Assembly: GCF_001194135.2 (NCBI RefSeq)
Contig: NC_068983.1
Location: forward strand, 7,965,761-8,017,720
DNA: 51,960 nt
Direction of reading: 5' to 3'
From: Octopus bimaculoides
Lineage: Eukaryota
A program made the translations under genes and the position numbers. Below are positions 25,397 through 38,015 of the stretch, piece by piece. How positions within the stretch are numbered: the first letter of the stretch is position 1; each line of letters begins with the position of its first letter. Below the pieces are notes generated by a model that saw only the letters and a list, made by a program, of their open reading frames with translations, did not search any database and was not told the origin of the DNA.

Positions 25397-25467
25397 TCCA
25401 TAATCCCACCACAAGCAAGAATCACTCTCCCATAAGTGATGTCTTCATAATTGGTCACAATTTACAT
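25397..25467 (-). pseudogene. Candidate signal-peptide exon with in-frame TGA: MKTSLMGE*FLLVVGLW(T)
   Basis: Acceptor TTTGTTAATTCAG|, ATG at 25448, TGA at 25422-25424, phase-1 donor A|GTAAGA. Splicing to 24809 gives ...LLVVGLWTVSSG, a typical signal-peptide end. Confidence 0.4.
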
Positions 25468-25643
25468 CTGAATTAACAAATTATGGTCTATTCAAACCTA
25501 ATTTCTCTTTCTTTTGTGTGTCTGGTGTCTCCTAATTTCATTTTCTGAACTCACTTCTTCCAACCTATCTATACACACAAACACGCATGTATATATTTAG
25601 ATATGCACGTACACACACACACACACACACACATACAAACGCA

Positions 25644-25682
<39 letters not shown>

Positions 25683-26612
25683 ACACACACACACGCACAC
25701 ACGCACACACACATGTCCCCACACACAAATTATGGAGTGGCAGCAGCGCTAAGCAGTGATGTGTATAAATACAAAGATATTACCAGTTTAAATGTGCCTG
25801 GGGCCTATTCAAACTCGTAAGAAATCTATTCATTGTGTTTTATCATGTAGAAAATTACCCTCTGTAGACAAATGGTGTAAATACACTTAAAATCAGCCCG
25901 CAGCGTCACATAGACTGTGAAGTGCAAGCAGTTAAGCGTGGGTATCGCCTCTTCAGTCGCAGTAACTGGACAATGTGCGCTGCGAGATGGTAAGATAAAT
26001 TGTCTTTTATGATATTCCCGTCATCTTATAATGAATGGTAGCGCTAATCGGCGGTTTACCATAAACGAATTACGTGGTTCGAATGTGCCCCAAGCATATT
26101 TGAACTCGTCTTAACCTTTAATACATAGTCGTCTAATTTCGATTTATATTCCATAGAGTACGTACGATTAAGAGTTAATTAAGGACTTTGTTTCCATCAT
26201 CAGATCTAGGATAAACAAACTGCGTTGATATACAAACAAATATTAATAAAACGATTTTACAACACAGTTATATATTTACTATTTAATGATATGCGTTATT
26301 TAAACCTTCACAGGCATTGCAAACATATGTCATAATATACGAGAAGATTTCAGGGCAAATGTACGGGCAACCGGATGAAATAATTTAGGTATCCCAAGTT
26401 CAGTAAATAGCTTGGAATATATTAACGTTTCACAAAGTATATGAAGCCATGGCTGTTACTATTAGGCTAGCACAAATATCTTGTATACTGTAGCTGTTGC
26501 ATCTAAACACTTCAGACCGAATCATCAAAGCAAAACAGCTGCATAACCGTCAGTGATTGTTGACTCAGAGACGCGCATTTGCTGCTGACGCCGCCGTCAC
26601 CACAATCACCAG

Positions 26613-26675
<63 letters not shown>

Positions 26676-26798
26676 AACAAGAACCAGAGATAATAATGTG
26701 GGCGAATTTTTTGAGTGAAGCTTATAAGACTACCTTCGGCATGGTCATTTTATTTATTATTATTTAATCTATTTTTGCCAAATAAACATACACAGTAT

Positions 26799-26861
<63 letters not shown>

Positions 26862-27133
26862 NNNNNNNNNNNNNNNNNNNNNNNNNNNNNNNNNNNNNNN
26901 NNNNNNNNNNNNNNNNNNNNNNNNNNNNNNNNNNNNNNNNNNNNNNNNNNNNNNNNNNNNNNNNNNNNNNNNNNNNNNNNNNNNNNNNNNNNNNNNNNNN
27001 NNNNNNNNNNNNNNNNNNNNNNNNNNNNNNNNNNNNNNNNNNNNNNNNNNNNNNNNNNNNNNNNNNNNNNNNNNNNNNNNNNNNNNNNNNNNNNNNNNNN
27101 NNNNNNNNNNNNNNNNNNNNNNNNATATATATA

Positions 27134-28236
27134 CAGGGGCTGGACAAAATAATGGAAACATCTAGCATCATAGCTTCATAATTTTGAAATATCTATAAAA
27201 GCGTCAAATCTTGTTTATTTCTACGGATTTCATTTATTATTAATGTTGCTTAATATGTTTTGCTAAAATTGTTATTTCTTTTCTAATATCATTAGAAAAA
27301 GGTAATTAAAATTTATTAAAATGACAGATCTATCGGACTTTCAATGAGGTCAAATAGCCAGTGCTGATATGGCAGGCGCTAGCGTAACGAAAACTGCTGA
27401 AATGTTTGGTGCATCAAGAGGTACTGTCTCGAAAGTAATGACAATCTTTAAGAAAGAAAGAAAAACCTCCTCGTCTGGAAGAAAAACCAAGACTTTCAGA
27501 TAAGAATCGTCGGACTCTTACGCGAATTGTTAGAAAGGATCACAAAAGTACAGCTCCTAAAATTACTGCAAAGCTTAATGACCACCTCGAGAACCAGTTT
27601 CCACAAAAACTGTTCGCCGGGAGCAGCACAAAACCGGATTTCACAGGAGGGCTGCAATCAGAAAACCACTACTTTCAAAAACAAACGTTGCAAATCGTTT
27701 AGATTTGAGTAAAAACCTACAGAAATTTTCCCTAGAGCAGTGGAAGAATGTTATTTTTTCGGGCGAGTCATTCTTTACCTTATTTCCGACCACCGGCCAA
27801 GTATACGTGTGGAGACAGCCAAAAGAAGCATTTTACCCAGACTGCTTTGTTGCAACTGTTAAATTTGTAGGAGGATCTGTGATGATTTGGAGTTGGGGCT
27901 ATATCTTCGAAATCCGCAGGCCCAATGGTTTACTGAATGGCATGATGAACATTATAGTAAAATTGAACATCTTATCTGGCCACCACAATCCCCAGATCTC
28001 AATACTATTGAATATTTATGGTGCATTTTAGAAAAACAAGGAGTCGATATCCTCCACCATAATCACTTCAAGAACTGAAGAATAGACAAAAGTTCCTTTG
28101 GAAGCAATTCAAACTTTGTCCGAGTCCATGCCTTGTAGAATTCAAGCTGTAATTACTGCCAAAGGCGGTCCTAGCCCATATTAAAATAAATTTGTTTGAA
28201 ATTTAAAGGTGTTTCCATTACTTTCTCCAACCCATG
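27134..28236 (+). mobile_element. Tc1 (DD34E) transposon, defective, with internal deletion
   Basis: TIRs CAGGGGCTGGACAAAATAATGGAAACA / TGTTTCCATTACTTTCTCCAACCCATG, TA-flanked. Frames give MTDLSDFQ*GQI, WKNVIFSGES and WPPQSPDLNTIEYLW; the FQDDN region is missing. Confidence 0.9.
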
Positions 28237-28390
28237 TATATATATGTATATATATCTATATATATANNNNNNNNNNNNNNNNNNNNNNNNNNNNNNNNNN
28301 NNNNNNNNNNNNNNNNNNNNNNNNNNNNNNNNNNNNNNNNNNNNNNNNNNNNNNNNNNNNNNNNNNNNNNNNNNNNNNNNNNNNNNNNNN

Positions 28391-28421
<31 letters not shown>

Positions 28422-28565
28422 GTCCAACATGAGGCAATACGTCACATCACGACTATGTTATGCAGCAATAACGGGAGTGGATATTACAATGTTATTAATA
28501 GTAAGATAAGTATAATACACCTCTGAGATTACAGAAACAGCCAAGCAAGTCATAGGAACAGTGAA

Positions 28566-28770
28566 ACTTACCTTGTAAATGTTTCTACGTATAATCTGCA
28601 ATAGGTAGCTGTGCTCTTATATAAGAATCATACTTCAAGCTGTTCCAAGTATAAGACAGTCTGATTAGGTTATCATTTCTTGATTTCAATGGACGTGTTT
28701 GTATCGTCATTAGAAATAGCAGTTATTGAAAATATACCTGTGTTGCTCATTTTCTCACGTTTATGGGCAA
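28566..28770 (-). promoter_or_regulatory. P1: TATA promoter, short non-coding exon 1 and GTAAGT donor
   Basis: The reverse complement aligns over ~200 bp to 40975-41172 (TAAACGTGA, TCAATAACT.CTATTT, CATTGAAAT, ACAGCTTG..GTATGATTCTTATATAAGAGCA). TATA at 28616-28623, donor at 28571. Confidence 0.7.
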
Positions 28771-28879
28771 GATACAGTGTCGTTTTCAATTGTGAGGATA
28801 CAATATCTTCGGAAGCTTTTCAAGGGTGACTATACAAAAACATAACAAATACACACACACACGCATACACACGCGCATG

Positions 28880-28915
<36 letters not shown>

Positions 28916-29814
28916 CACACACACATATTTTATTGTGTGTGTGGAGAGTCATTCTGTTTTTATGCCTTATTAATTAACACACTCACGGTTTGATTTCCAC
29001 TCATTTACTTATTTATTTTACTAAAATTTTCGTTGATTCCTTCCGTTATCGGAGCTGCGTTCTTTTTGTTTGTTTGTGCGCATGGGTGTGCGTTAGCGAG
29101 CATGTGTATACACATATGTATGCATGAATGTACGTATATATGTATGTGAGAACGTATGCATATGTGTTTATGCATATATAGGTATGCGTGTGTGTGCGTT
29201 TGTATGTATTCTGCATATTTATGTTTGTGTGTGTATTTGTGTGTACCTCTGTCTCCTTGTGCGTGCGTGTTTGGATGTACCTATGAGTATGGATTTGTGT
29301 GACTGTGTATGTGCGTCTGTTATATATGGATGTATGTTTCCATATGTGTCCTTGTGTGTGTGTGTGTGTGTGTGTGTGAAATATGCGTGTGTGCATGTGG
29401 TCATACGTTTCAGTCATTTCTGTATGTATGTGTATATGTGTGCTTGTCTGTCTGTATAACCTATGTACTTATCTATCTACTTGTCTGTCTGTTTACTTAC
29501 ATATCCATTTACCTACTTATATATANNNNNNNNNNNNNNNNNNNNNNNNNNNNNNNNNNNNNNNNNNNNNNNNNNNNNNNNNNNNNNNNNNNNNNNNNNN
29601 NNNNNNNNNNNNNNNNNNNNNNNNNNNNNNNNNNNNNNNNNNNNNNNNNNNNNNNNNNNNNNNNNNNNNNNNNNNNNNNNNNNNNNNNNNNNNNNNNNNN
29701 NNNNNNNNNNNNNNNNNNNNNNNNNNNNNNNNNNNNNNNNNNNNNNNNNNNNNNNNNNNNNNNNNNNNNNNNNNNNNNNNNNNNNNNNNNNNNNNNNNNN
29801 NNNNNNNNNNNNNN

Positions 29815-31069
29815 ACCAATATCACTGTCAGATGTGTGATGGAATCCAACGTAAACAATCAGTTTCTTCCATAGTCTCGAACATTTCTGATTCTCTGAGA
29901 ATATTTACATAGAGATGACCACTAGAGATTTGCTTTATTACTTCACATGAATCTAACGAACATCAATGTCTCTTATTTTAAGAACAGATTCTCTTTCATA
30001 CACCGTTGCCACCATATCTATCTGTTATGATTCAAGCTACTACTATCTAACACCTTTGGATGATCTCTACTCAACCGCTACACAACTGCTACTCGACTGC
30101 TGCTCAACACCCTACCACGGCCAGACTACCTCTATTTATATGTCTTGGGAGGTCCTACTTCTTCGCCTGGGGGAGTCGACACAACACTATCCAATATCAT
30201 AATTGATGTAATATAATTTATAAAAATGCTCCATTATTTTCATTAGTACAAACTTCCAGTACGATCTCTCATCTTTCAAATATTTCTAAATTGCTGTCAT
30301 CACTATAATATCTCATTGCGTCAGTCCTTGCATTAAACTATTTGCTCAATATTTCCATATTAGAACAGCTACCCTATACGACACACTCTCTTATGTCTTC
30401 TCAGGAACATCAAAATTCGGAATGTCATTATTGAGATCCCTAGCCTTTGTACATGTACATTTTAAAGCACATCTCATCTAGTTGTGTAAATTAAATTCAA
30501 ATAAAACAAACTTTTTTATGGAAAGAAAATATGCAAATTCTGAATAGGCTTTTCTAACATATGGTTTTAAAAATTTTGAAACCAGGTCACCAATTTTGGG
30601 GAAGGGCAAAGGTTGATTAATTCAATCCCGATACTCACATGGCACTTATTTTATCGACCTCGAGAGGATGAAAGGCATTGTCAGCCTCGGCGGAATTGCA
30701 TCTCAGAAGCCAAAAGGGTTTTCTAATATATTGATTACTGTATCAGAAGGTCGACATTATATACATCAGACTGATGTATATAATGTGCATTATTTATCGA
30801 GTCGTAAATGTCTCTCAGTTGTATGTTATCTATAGATATTTTATGACTATATTACTGCAACAAATCGTTTGTTAATTGCTTCAAGAAATTCATGTAACTT
30901 GTAAAATAAATTAGAACAATTATATTTCATGAAGATTAGACTAACTAATATTGTGTCATCCATAATAATAAAAATAAAATTATGGAGTTCAAACAACAAA
31001 TAGGTGTGAATAATTGGTCAGCGACATGCGTAGATATTTAGGAAATTAATGAGAGATTTGCGCTGACAG
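29815..31069 (+). repeat. Third, more diverged copy of the intron sequence that follows the signal exons at 45.6 and 50.2 kb
   Basis: Collinear by eye with 46335-47095 and 50972-51948 (TGATGGAA.CCAAC.TAAACAAT, CACATGAATCTAAC, GGAATGTC...TTGAGATCCC, ATAAAATT..G.AGTTCAAA, TGCG.TGA.AG). Confidence 0.85.
30577..30712 (-). mobile_element. Degenerate SINE group A inserted only in this intron copy
   Basis: TTATTTTATCGACCTCGAGAGGATGAAAGGCA..GTCAGCCTCGGCGGAATT. Confidence 0.7.
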
Positions 31070-31260
31070 CAAGCAGTTGTAAATGGAGACCACGTTGAAA
31101 GCTGATTTGTATACTGTAGAAAATATAAATCAAGTTCAAAAGAAGAGATCAAGGAAATGAATGTGGCTGCCTTGATATGATAAGTACGATGTATCTTTGC
31201 CTTGATTTTTAAATATCATACTGCGGAATTAAGACAACGTTTATTCTTTTGTAATTTTAG

Positions 31261-31367
31261 GCGTTAAGGTGAAATATCGACATTATTGCATGGAAATACA
31301 TCATCAAAATGGAAACCCTTGTGATTTCACCGAATTTTTAAAGTGTCTTTATGATCATTGTCAATAA
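31261..31367 (+). CDS. Terminal coding exon of a small secreted four-Cys peptide: (G)VKVKYRHYCMEIHHQNGNPCDFTEFLKCLYDHCQ*
   Basis: Acceptor TTTATTCTTTTGTAATTTTAG|, intact phase-1 frame matching the phase-1 donor of the signal exons, C-x10-C-x7-C-x4-C, and AATAAA at 31363, 31399 and 31408. It lies 192 bp past the conserved intron block. Confidence 0.7.
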
Positions 31368-31781
31368 ATTATATTCGATGTTTGTATACAATTCATTGAA
31401 TAAAATCAATAAACAATGTGTGATACCGTAGGCAACAATTTAAAAGAAAATCTAGATATAGACCACTGACAGGACAGAAGAACTTGTCTCTCTCATGTCA
31501 GGTAGGTTTCAACATCTGTCCTATATAAAAATCATGCTTATAATGTCGAATACAGTAATATGAATTATTTGTTGATTTGTAATTGTTTGGTTTCGTTTCA
31601 TTTCCATAAAATATTATTAACTGACAGAGAACACTTCTTTTTGTGGAATATTTGTCGAACAACAAAGCTGGTAGTTATATAATTGATATATTAAGTAATA
31701 TGTTTAGCTAATAAAATTTAATTCCATGACAAAATTCATATTCTACAGGATTAATTCTCTCCAGTATAGTTCACTATAATC

Positions 31782-31848
31782 ATGAGAAATATCTTTGAAA
31801 TTTCTATTCTGTTTCGTGTTTTGTTTTGCTACACTTCATCTGCTAGTG
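31782..31848 (+). CDS. Weak candidate signal-peptide exon: MRNIFEISILFRVLFCYTSSAS(G)
   Basis: Acceptors at 31748/31764, ATG at 31782, phase-1 donor G|GTAGTT (weak). The hydrophobic core is interrupted by E and R, and there is no homology to the other signal exons. Confidence 0.25.
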
Positions 31849-32218
31849 GTAGTTTAAACTGCTGATGTTCACCACCAACATACTTGCACAATTTATGAGT
31901 CTGAGAAAAGCTAGAAACCGTTATGATTACGTATTGTTTTATTATGCTTAGCAACATGATTGCACTGGACGTTTTTCAGCTCTTGTGTCTTTGTTTATGT
32001 AGATTAATTCTTAAAAATAATCAATCATATTGTTTTCATAAACCAAAATATAATGAATTTCTAACGTACGTTAAACATAGAGATAAATGATATCATATCG
32101 TCATGTAAAGGCCTAGTGCAATCTTTCTCTTCCATTTATTTATAAGCCGATGAAACAAAATTTCGCATAGCAGAACGGTTACAGGCATAACGGTTGTTCA
32201 CAAAAGGTAATATTTTTT

Positions 32219-33036
32219 TCACCTGGATCACTTGGATCGACAAGGCTCTTTGATGCCGATCCGGCTCCGCTGGCCTCAGCATTTGCTCCTTTCCTCTCGT
32301 ACTCTCGCTATTTCCCTCCACATTGTTCCAAATATCTTTCTTAAATCATCTTCCCACCTAATTGGCGGTTCTTCCAGTGGTCTCTTCCATACTCACAGCT
32401 ACCAATTGGCAACTGCACGGGTCCACCGATTATCTGTGAACCTTGAGACACGACCGGCCTATTGTAGCTTTGTGTGGTGGTATTCTGCAACGACGTCCTT
32501 AACTCCAGTTCTATCCCTGATCTTGTTCTGGATGTGATTTCTTAGTGAGATTAACATCGACTTTTTCAAGACTCTCTGCGCCGTAAGCAGATATTCTTCT
32601 TCTCCCGTTGTCAAGGCCCAAGTTTCACATGCATAAAAGCTATTCACAGCGTCTCTCGACATCGTCATACGAGGCCCGCAACGAAGGCATAAGGAACTGC
32701 AACGAAGGCATAAGGTACTGCAACGAAGGCATAATGATAAACGGAGAGCTGCTTACCGATATACGATTCGCTGATGACACAGCACTGACACCGGAGAGCA
32801 CGGATGAGCTGCTGATCATGCTGGACATACGGTCCGAGGGCGTACCGATCTGTCGCCTAACAGTTGGAGGCGATGAAATAGAAGAGGCGAGCAGCTATGT
32901 GTGTCTCGGTCATAAAGTGACTAAGAGGAGACAAATGGAGAATGAGATCCCGCGAAAGGTAAAAACGGGATGGAGAGTATTCAACTCGGTGAAGGATGAG
33001 CTAAAGTCGAACCTAGACAAGGCAACTCACTCCAAT
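32219..33036 (-). mobile_element. Truncated RTE-clade LINE with 5' inversion
   Basis: 32219-~32665 (minus): YACETWALT, IRDRTGVKDV, RWEDDL and a GATCCAAGT/GATCCAGGT tail. ~32678-33036 (plus): INGELLTDIRFADD, SYVCLG, GWRVFNSVKD. Confidence 0.85.
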
Positions 33037-33233
33037 CTCTTTTACTCTTTTACTTGTTTCAGTCATTTGACTGCGGCCATACATGCTGGAGCATCGCCTT
33101 TAGTCGAGCAAATCGAACCCGGGACTTATTCTGTGTAAGCCTAGTACTTATTCTATCGGTCTGTTTTGCCGAACCGCTAGGTGACGGGGACATAAACACA
33201 CCAGCATCGGTTGTCAAGCAATGCTAGGGGGAT

Positions 33234-33322
<89 letters not shown>

Positions 33323-33485
33323 CGACGGGCTTCTTTCAGTTTCCGTCTACCAAATTCACTCACAAGGCTTTGGTCGGCCCGAGGCTATAGTAGAAGACAC
33401 TTGCCCAAGATGCGACGCAGTGGGACTGAACCCGGAACCATGTGGTTGGTAAGCAAGCCACTTACCACACAGCCACTCCTGCGCC
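33037..33485 (-). mobile_element. Full-length CORE-like tRNA SINE (group B) with internal (TA)n(TG)n
   Basis: The reverse complement reads GGCGCAGGAGTGGCTGTGTGGTAAG...CTTGGGCAAGTGTCTTCTACTATAG...microsatellite...GCTCCAGCATG..GGCCGCAGTCAAATGACTGAAACAAGTAAAAGAG. Confidence 0.9.
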
Positions 33486-33866
33486 TCTTCATTTTTAAAA
33501 AATAAAACAAAAACCAGAAATAATTGAATTAAAAGAAAATTAAAATTATGGAGATGGGTTTTTATAACAAACCAGAATTAAAAATCATCTCATTTCTCTA
33601 TAAACTCTATAAATTCAGAATTAAGCATAACAACAGAACATTTTAGGGCGAGAGAATTCGGTTCTAGCAGGTCCAGCACATGGTCGGTACTATATTTTAT
33701 CGCAGGATAAAATGCAAAGATGTCTTTGACCAGATATAAAAATAGAAATTAAGACGTTTGAAGAAATACAGCAAGGCATTGTCACCGATGCTATCACGAT
33801 TCTTCCCATCATTTCAAGCATTAAAAAAAAAAGTAAACACATATAAATATATACACATACGATGCC

Positions 33867-34020
33867 TCTTACCTCTGAGAGTGTCTTCATAAATATTGTT
33901 GTAGTTTAACGATTAGTGTTGTACAGCTAAGTTCTTATATATGAATACAAAAACATCCAGCTGTCACAAACAGAAATAATTCCAACAGTGTTATTACTTC
34001 TGGACTTCAATGTACATTTA
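33867..34020 (-). promoter_or_regulatory. P2: more diverged TATA promoter, exon 1 and GTAAGA donor
   Basis: The reverse complement TTTGTGACAGCTGG...ATTCATATATAAGAAC matches TTTGTGACAGCTTGG...ATTCTTATATAAGAGC at 41091-41126. TATA at 33934-33941, donor at 33872. Confidence 0.55.
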
Positions 34021-34425
34021 TGATGTTCCGGAATAGCATTTATCGAGCATATTTATATTTCATTCATTGTATGAGATGTCATATTTATTGCGTTTAACAT
34101 TCAATTTTGTAGAATAATAATCACTTTATGAATATTTGCAAGAAGTCGGAAAAATACAACTAAGTTTTTTTTTCTGGTGATTTAACGACTGATATTTTGC
34201 AGCAGTAAAAGTATGTGCAAACATACGTTTGTTTGGGTGTCTATATATATGAATATGTCTATGAATATGTACCTATCTTTCTATCTGTCTGCTTGTCTAT
34301 CTATATATTTGGGTATAAATGTATATATTTATGCATACACATACAGGCACTGAAACAGACACAGACACAGACACACCCACGAACACACATACATAGATAA
34401 TACATATATATAATACATATATAAA

Positions 34426-34472
<47 letters not shown>

Positions 34473-35779
34473 NNNNNNNNNNNNNNNNNNNNNNNNNNNN
34501 NNNNNNNNNNNNNNNNNNNNNNNNNNNNNNNNNNNNNNNNNNNNNNNNNNNNNNNNNNNNNNNNNNNNNNNNNNNNNNNNNNNNNNNNNNNNNNNNNNNN
34601 NNNNNNNNNNNNNNNNNNNNNNNNNNNNNNNNNNNNNNNNNNNNNNNNNNNNNNNNNNNNNNNNNNNNNNNNNNNNNNNNNNNNNNNNNNNNNNNNNNNN
34701 NNNNNNNNNNNNNNNNNNNNNNNNNNNNNNNNNNNNNNNNNNNNNNNNNNNNNNNNNNNNNNNNNNNNNNNNNNNNNNNNNNNNNNNNNNNNNNNNNNNN
34801 NNNNNNNNNNNNNNNNNNNNNNNNNNNNNNNNNNNNNNNNNNNNNNNNNNNNNNNNNNNNNNNNNNNNNNNNNNNNNNNNNNNNNNNNNNNNNNNNNNNN
34901 NNNNNNNNNNNNNNNNNNNNNNNNNNNNNNNNNNNNNNNNNNNNNNNNNNNNNNNNNNNNNNNNNNNNNNNNNNNNNNNNNNNNNNNNNNNNNNNNNNNN
35001 NNNNNNNNNNNNNNNNNNNNNNNNNNNNNNNNNNNNNNNNNNNNNNNNNNNNNNNNNNNNNNNNNNNNNNNNNNNNNNNNNNNNNNNNNNNNNNNNNNNN
35101 NNNNNNNNNNNNNNNNNNNNNNNNNNNNNNNNNNNNNNNNNNNNNNNNNNNNNNNNNNNNNNNNNNNNNNNNNNNNNNNNNNNNNNNNNNNNNNNNNNNN
35201 NNNNNNNNNNNNNNNNNNNNNNNNNNNNNNNNNNNNNNNNNNNNNNNNNNNNNNNNNNNNNNNNNNNNNNNNNNNNNNNNNNNNNNNNNNNNNNNNNNNN
35301 NNNNNNNNNTATGTATAATATATAAATTTAGTAAATGGAGTAATATGCATATGTTAAATGAATTCTTTTATTTCCAACATATGTTTCGAAGATTACATAT
35401 GGTTCCTTCCAAAGGAATAGGTGATGTTGATAAAGATGTAATCTTCTCTTCAGGGAAATACATAAGAGCCAACTTAACTGTAAGACATTTTAACCGAATG
35501 TGATAACTATAGGTAGGGAAGATTGCTACGTAACTTATTTGAAAAAACCGTTGGAGGTTGCGACACTATGAGACAGTACGTTGGATAAGGAGGGAAGAAA
35601 AGAAGGAAAAAAGGAATTTAGAATTTAGAATTGGGAGTTAATAAGATGATTTAAACCCGATAAAAATGGCAGAAGAATGTTTTATGTATAATGGGACCGC
35701 AAAGGGGAGTTAATCTTGTACTTATACATGCAGGGTTGACATAAATGCCTATAAGCATATATATATAATATATATGTAT

Positions 35780-36139
35780 AGGAGTAGCTGTGTGGTAAGT
35801 AACTTGCTTACCAACTACATAGTTTTGGCTTCGGTCCCACTGCTTGAAACCTTGGGCAACTGTCTTCTACTATAGCCTCGGGACGACCAAAGCCTTGTGA
35901 ATAGATTTGGTAGACGGAAAATGAAAGGTGCCCGTCGTATATATNNNNNNNNNNNNNNNNNNNNNNNNNNNNNNNNNNNNNNNNNNNNNNNNNNNNNNNN
36001 NNNNNNNNNNNNNNNNNNNNNNNNNNNNNNNNNNNNNNNNNNNNNNNNNNNNNNNNNNNNNNNNNNNNNNNNNNNNNNNNNNNNNNNNNNNNNNNNNNNN
36101 NNNNNNNNNNNNNNNNNNNNNNNNNNNNNNNNNNNNNNN

Positions 36140-36177
<38 letters not shown>

Positions 36178-36256
36178 GGTGTTTGTCCCCCCCAACATCG
36201 CTTTACCACCGATGCTGGTGTGTTTACGTCCCCATGATTTATTGGTTCGGCAAAAA
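35780..36256 (+). mobile_element. SINE group B spanning a gap, 3' truncated
   Basis: GGAGTAGCTGTGTGGTAAG...CCTTGGGCAACTGTCTTCTACTATAG...(gap)...GATGCTGGTGTGTTTACGTCCCC. Confidence 0.85.
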
Positions 36257-37419
36257 ATTTACATCTGATTTAACAAATAATGTACAATCTAAATCTAACA
36301 GCACAGCCGTTTGCTTTTTTTTGTCTGGTTTTCCTGAAGTTTCATTTCTCAACTCACTTCTTTCAACGGTTTTCCTTACTTTACTCTGAGAGTCTCTTAA
36401 GCTAAATTATTTTAGGAAGACTACCAATGTATAAAGACTTATTAACAGTAATATTCATTGAATATTCATTGAACAAAGAATACTGTATATTTTAGTTTGA
36501 GCCGGTCAAGAGAATAGAGTTATAGAACTTTAAGACGTTCCAATTAATTAAGGCTTTTACTTGAAGATATTTCATCAATGAACGCTCCCTGAACCAGAAC
36601 AGTTTTGTGTTTAAGATGGGTTGTGTCGCAGTTTCCATGCTTCGAACAGTAATTTAATGTAGCGAGAACTAAAGTTTGCCTTCAGGTTAATATAACTAAT
36701 GTTTCTCTTGTTACATTAATTCATACGATCCAACCAGTATGACGTCATTACACAAAGGTCAATTTACTATAGTGTTTGACGAAAGATGCATCATATTATT
36801 TATAAGGTCCGTATTTTGGCAGGGTTTTGATTCGGTTTATTCTTTGATATAAGATTATTTGCACTGCGGCTATTCTCAGTTTAATTGAGAACCTGAACTT
36901 TTGATAAGTTAAATTTTAGATTTTGTTTATCTACACGTCAATGCTGAAGTTTAGCTCTCACGAAAGTGTACTGGCACCTACTGCAATTTTGATAGCCATC
37001 AATATTTTTGTATAACCGGAAAAACTCGTATGATTATCTGTGAGTATCAGTTATGTTATGTTTGGTAAAGCGATGATGAATAACAGTAGACATACTACAG
37101 TGCCTTGAAGTGTTTTAGTCCATGATTGCATGCGAAATGTCAAAGACTTTAGCAAAATTAAGGTGTTTGTAATCTTCAAAAACCAGATTTTTATCAAAGA
37201 AATTATTTTCTTCATGATAATCGGTTATTTTTTTTTTTACTGGATAATGTTCTATACAACTTTAAATCTGTGGAATATGACAGAAAAAAGTCTGTAATTT
37301 TATCCGCAATTTGGTGTGTACAGGTGTTGGCGTGGATATACATAACACACACACACACACACACATACATGCACGCGCGCAATTGGATATCTTAGCGGAT
37401 CAGTGGTCGATCTGAAGCC

Positions 37420-37620
37420 ATAAGCTCGTGAGGCCGGCTTCCCAGATCCTGTGGTGTCTTTTTCGCTACTCTCTGAACTGAACGCCGGATTGTCGCAGAG
37501 TTACCTATTCTCCCCAACTGTCAGGACTGAAGCAACATGAGATGAATTGTTTAGCCCAAGAATACAATGCATGGCCGATTCGAAGAATCCAACCCACAAT
37601 ATTTTAATCATAATTGCAAA
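37420..37620 (-). mobile_element. Possible old SINE remnant
   Basis: GACTGAAGCAACATGAGATGAATTGTTTAGCCCAAGAATACAATGC...GAATCCAACCCACAA resembles a reversed CORE/B-box region. Confidence 0.35.
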
Positions 37621-37901
37621 ACACTAAGTTACACACCTTGTGTGCGTGCATGTGTATACATATATGAATATATTACCGCAGAGTAATTTGTGTATGTGTG
37701 TGCGCGTGTATACATATATATATATATATATATATCAAACAGTTACTTGTGAGGAATAATACTTCATAATCTCTCTGTTAGCACACCAGGCTAAGAATAT
37801 CGTTTACAATAGTAAAGAACTGCACGTATTCTCAGGTGGGAGGGGTCGGGAGTTATAGTTCATCACCACTCTATATTGTAAATCCCTGGTTTTACTGCTT
37901 T

Positions 37902-38015
37902 TTACACACAGTGATACATGCAAGACAGGATATAAATAATGATGATTACACATGATTTTCTTTATTGCAATAAATTTGACATGCAGCTGTTTCCAGTCGT
38001 CATCATTAGAAACAG
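37902..38015 (-). pseudogene. Pseudogenised homologue of the four-Cys exon: ...SCMSNLLQ*RKSCVIIIIYILSCMYHCV*
   Basis: Acceptor GACTTACAG|CT. C-x10-C-x9-C-x3-C, ending LSCMYHCV* versus LKCLYDHCQ* at 31.3 kb. In-frame TAA at 37962-37964, and the Cys frame is shifted relative to a phase-1 start. Confidence 0.6.

Noticed and set aside
26285-26385. Minus-strand frame ISSGCPYICPEIFSYIMTYVCNACEG with four Cys
   Set aside because: A stop lies immediately upstream and there is no acceptor AG, so it cannot be spliced in.
33647-33847. Plus-strand frame after ACATTTTAG| open except for one TGA (GRENSVLAG...QRCL*PDIKIE...)
   Set aside because: No homology to the family exons, only one Cys, and it lies antisense within the P2 intron; selenocysteine or readthrough is unsupported.
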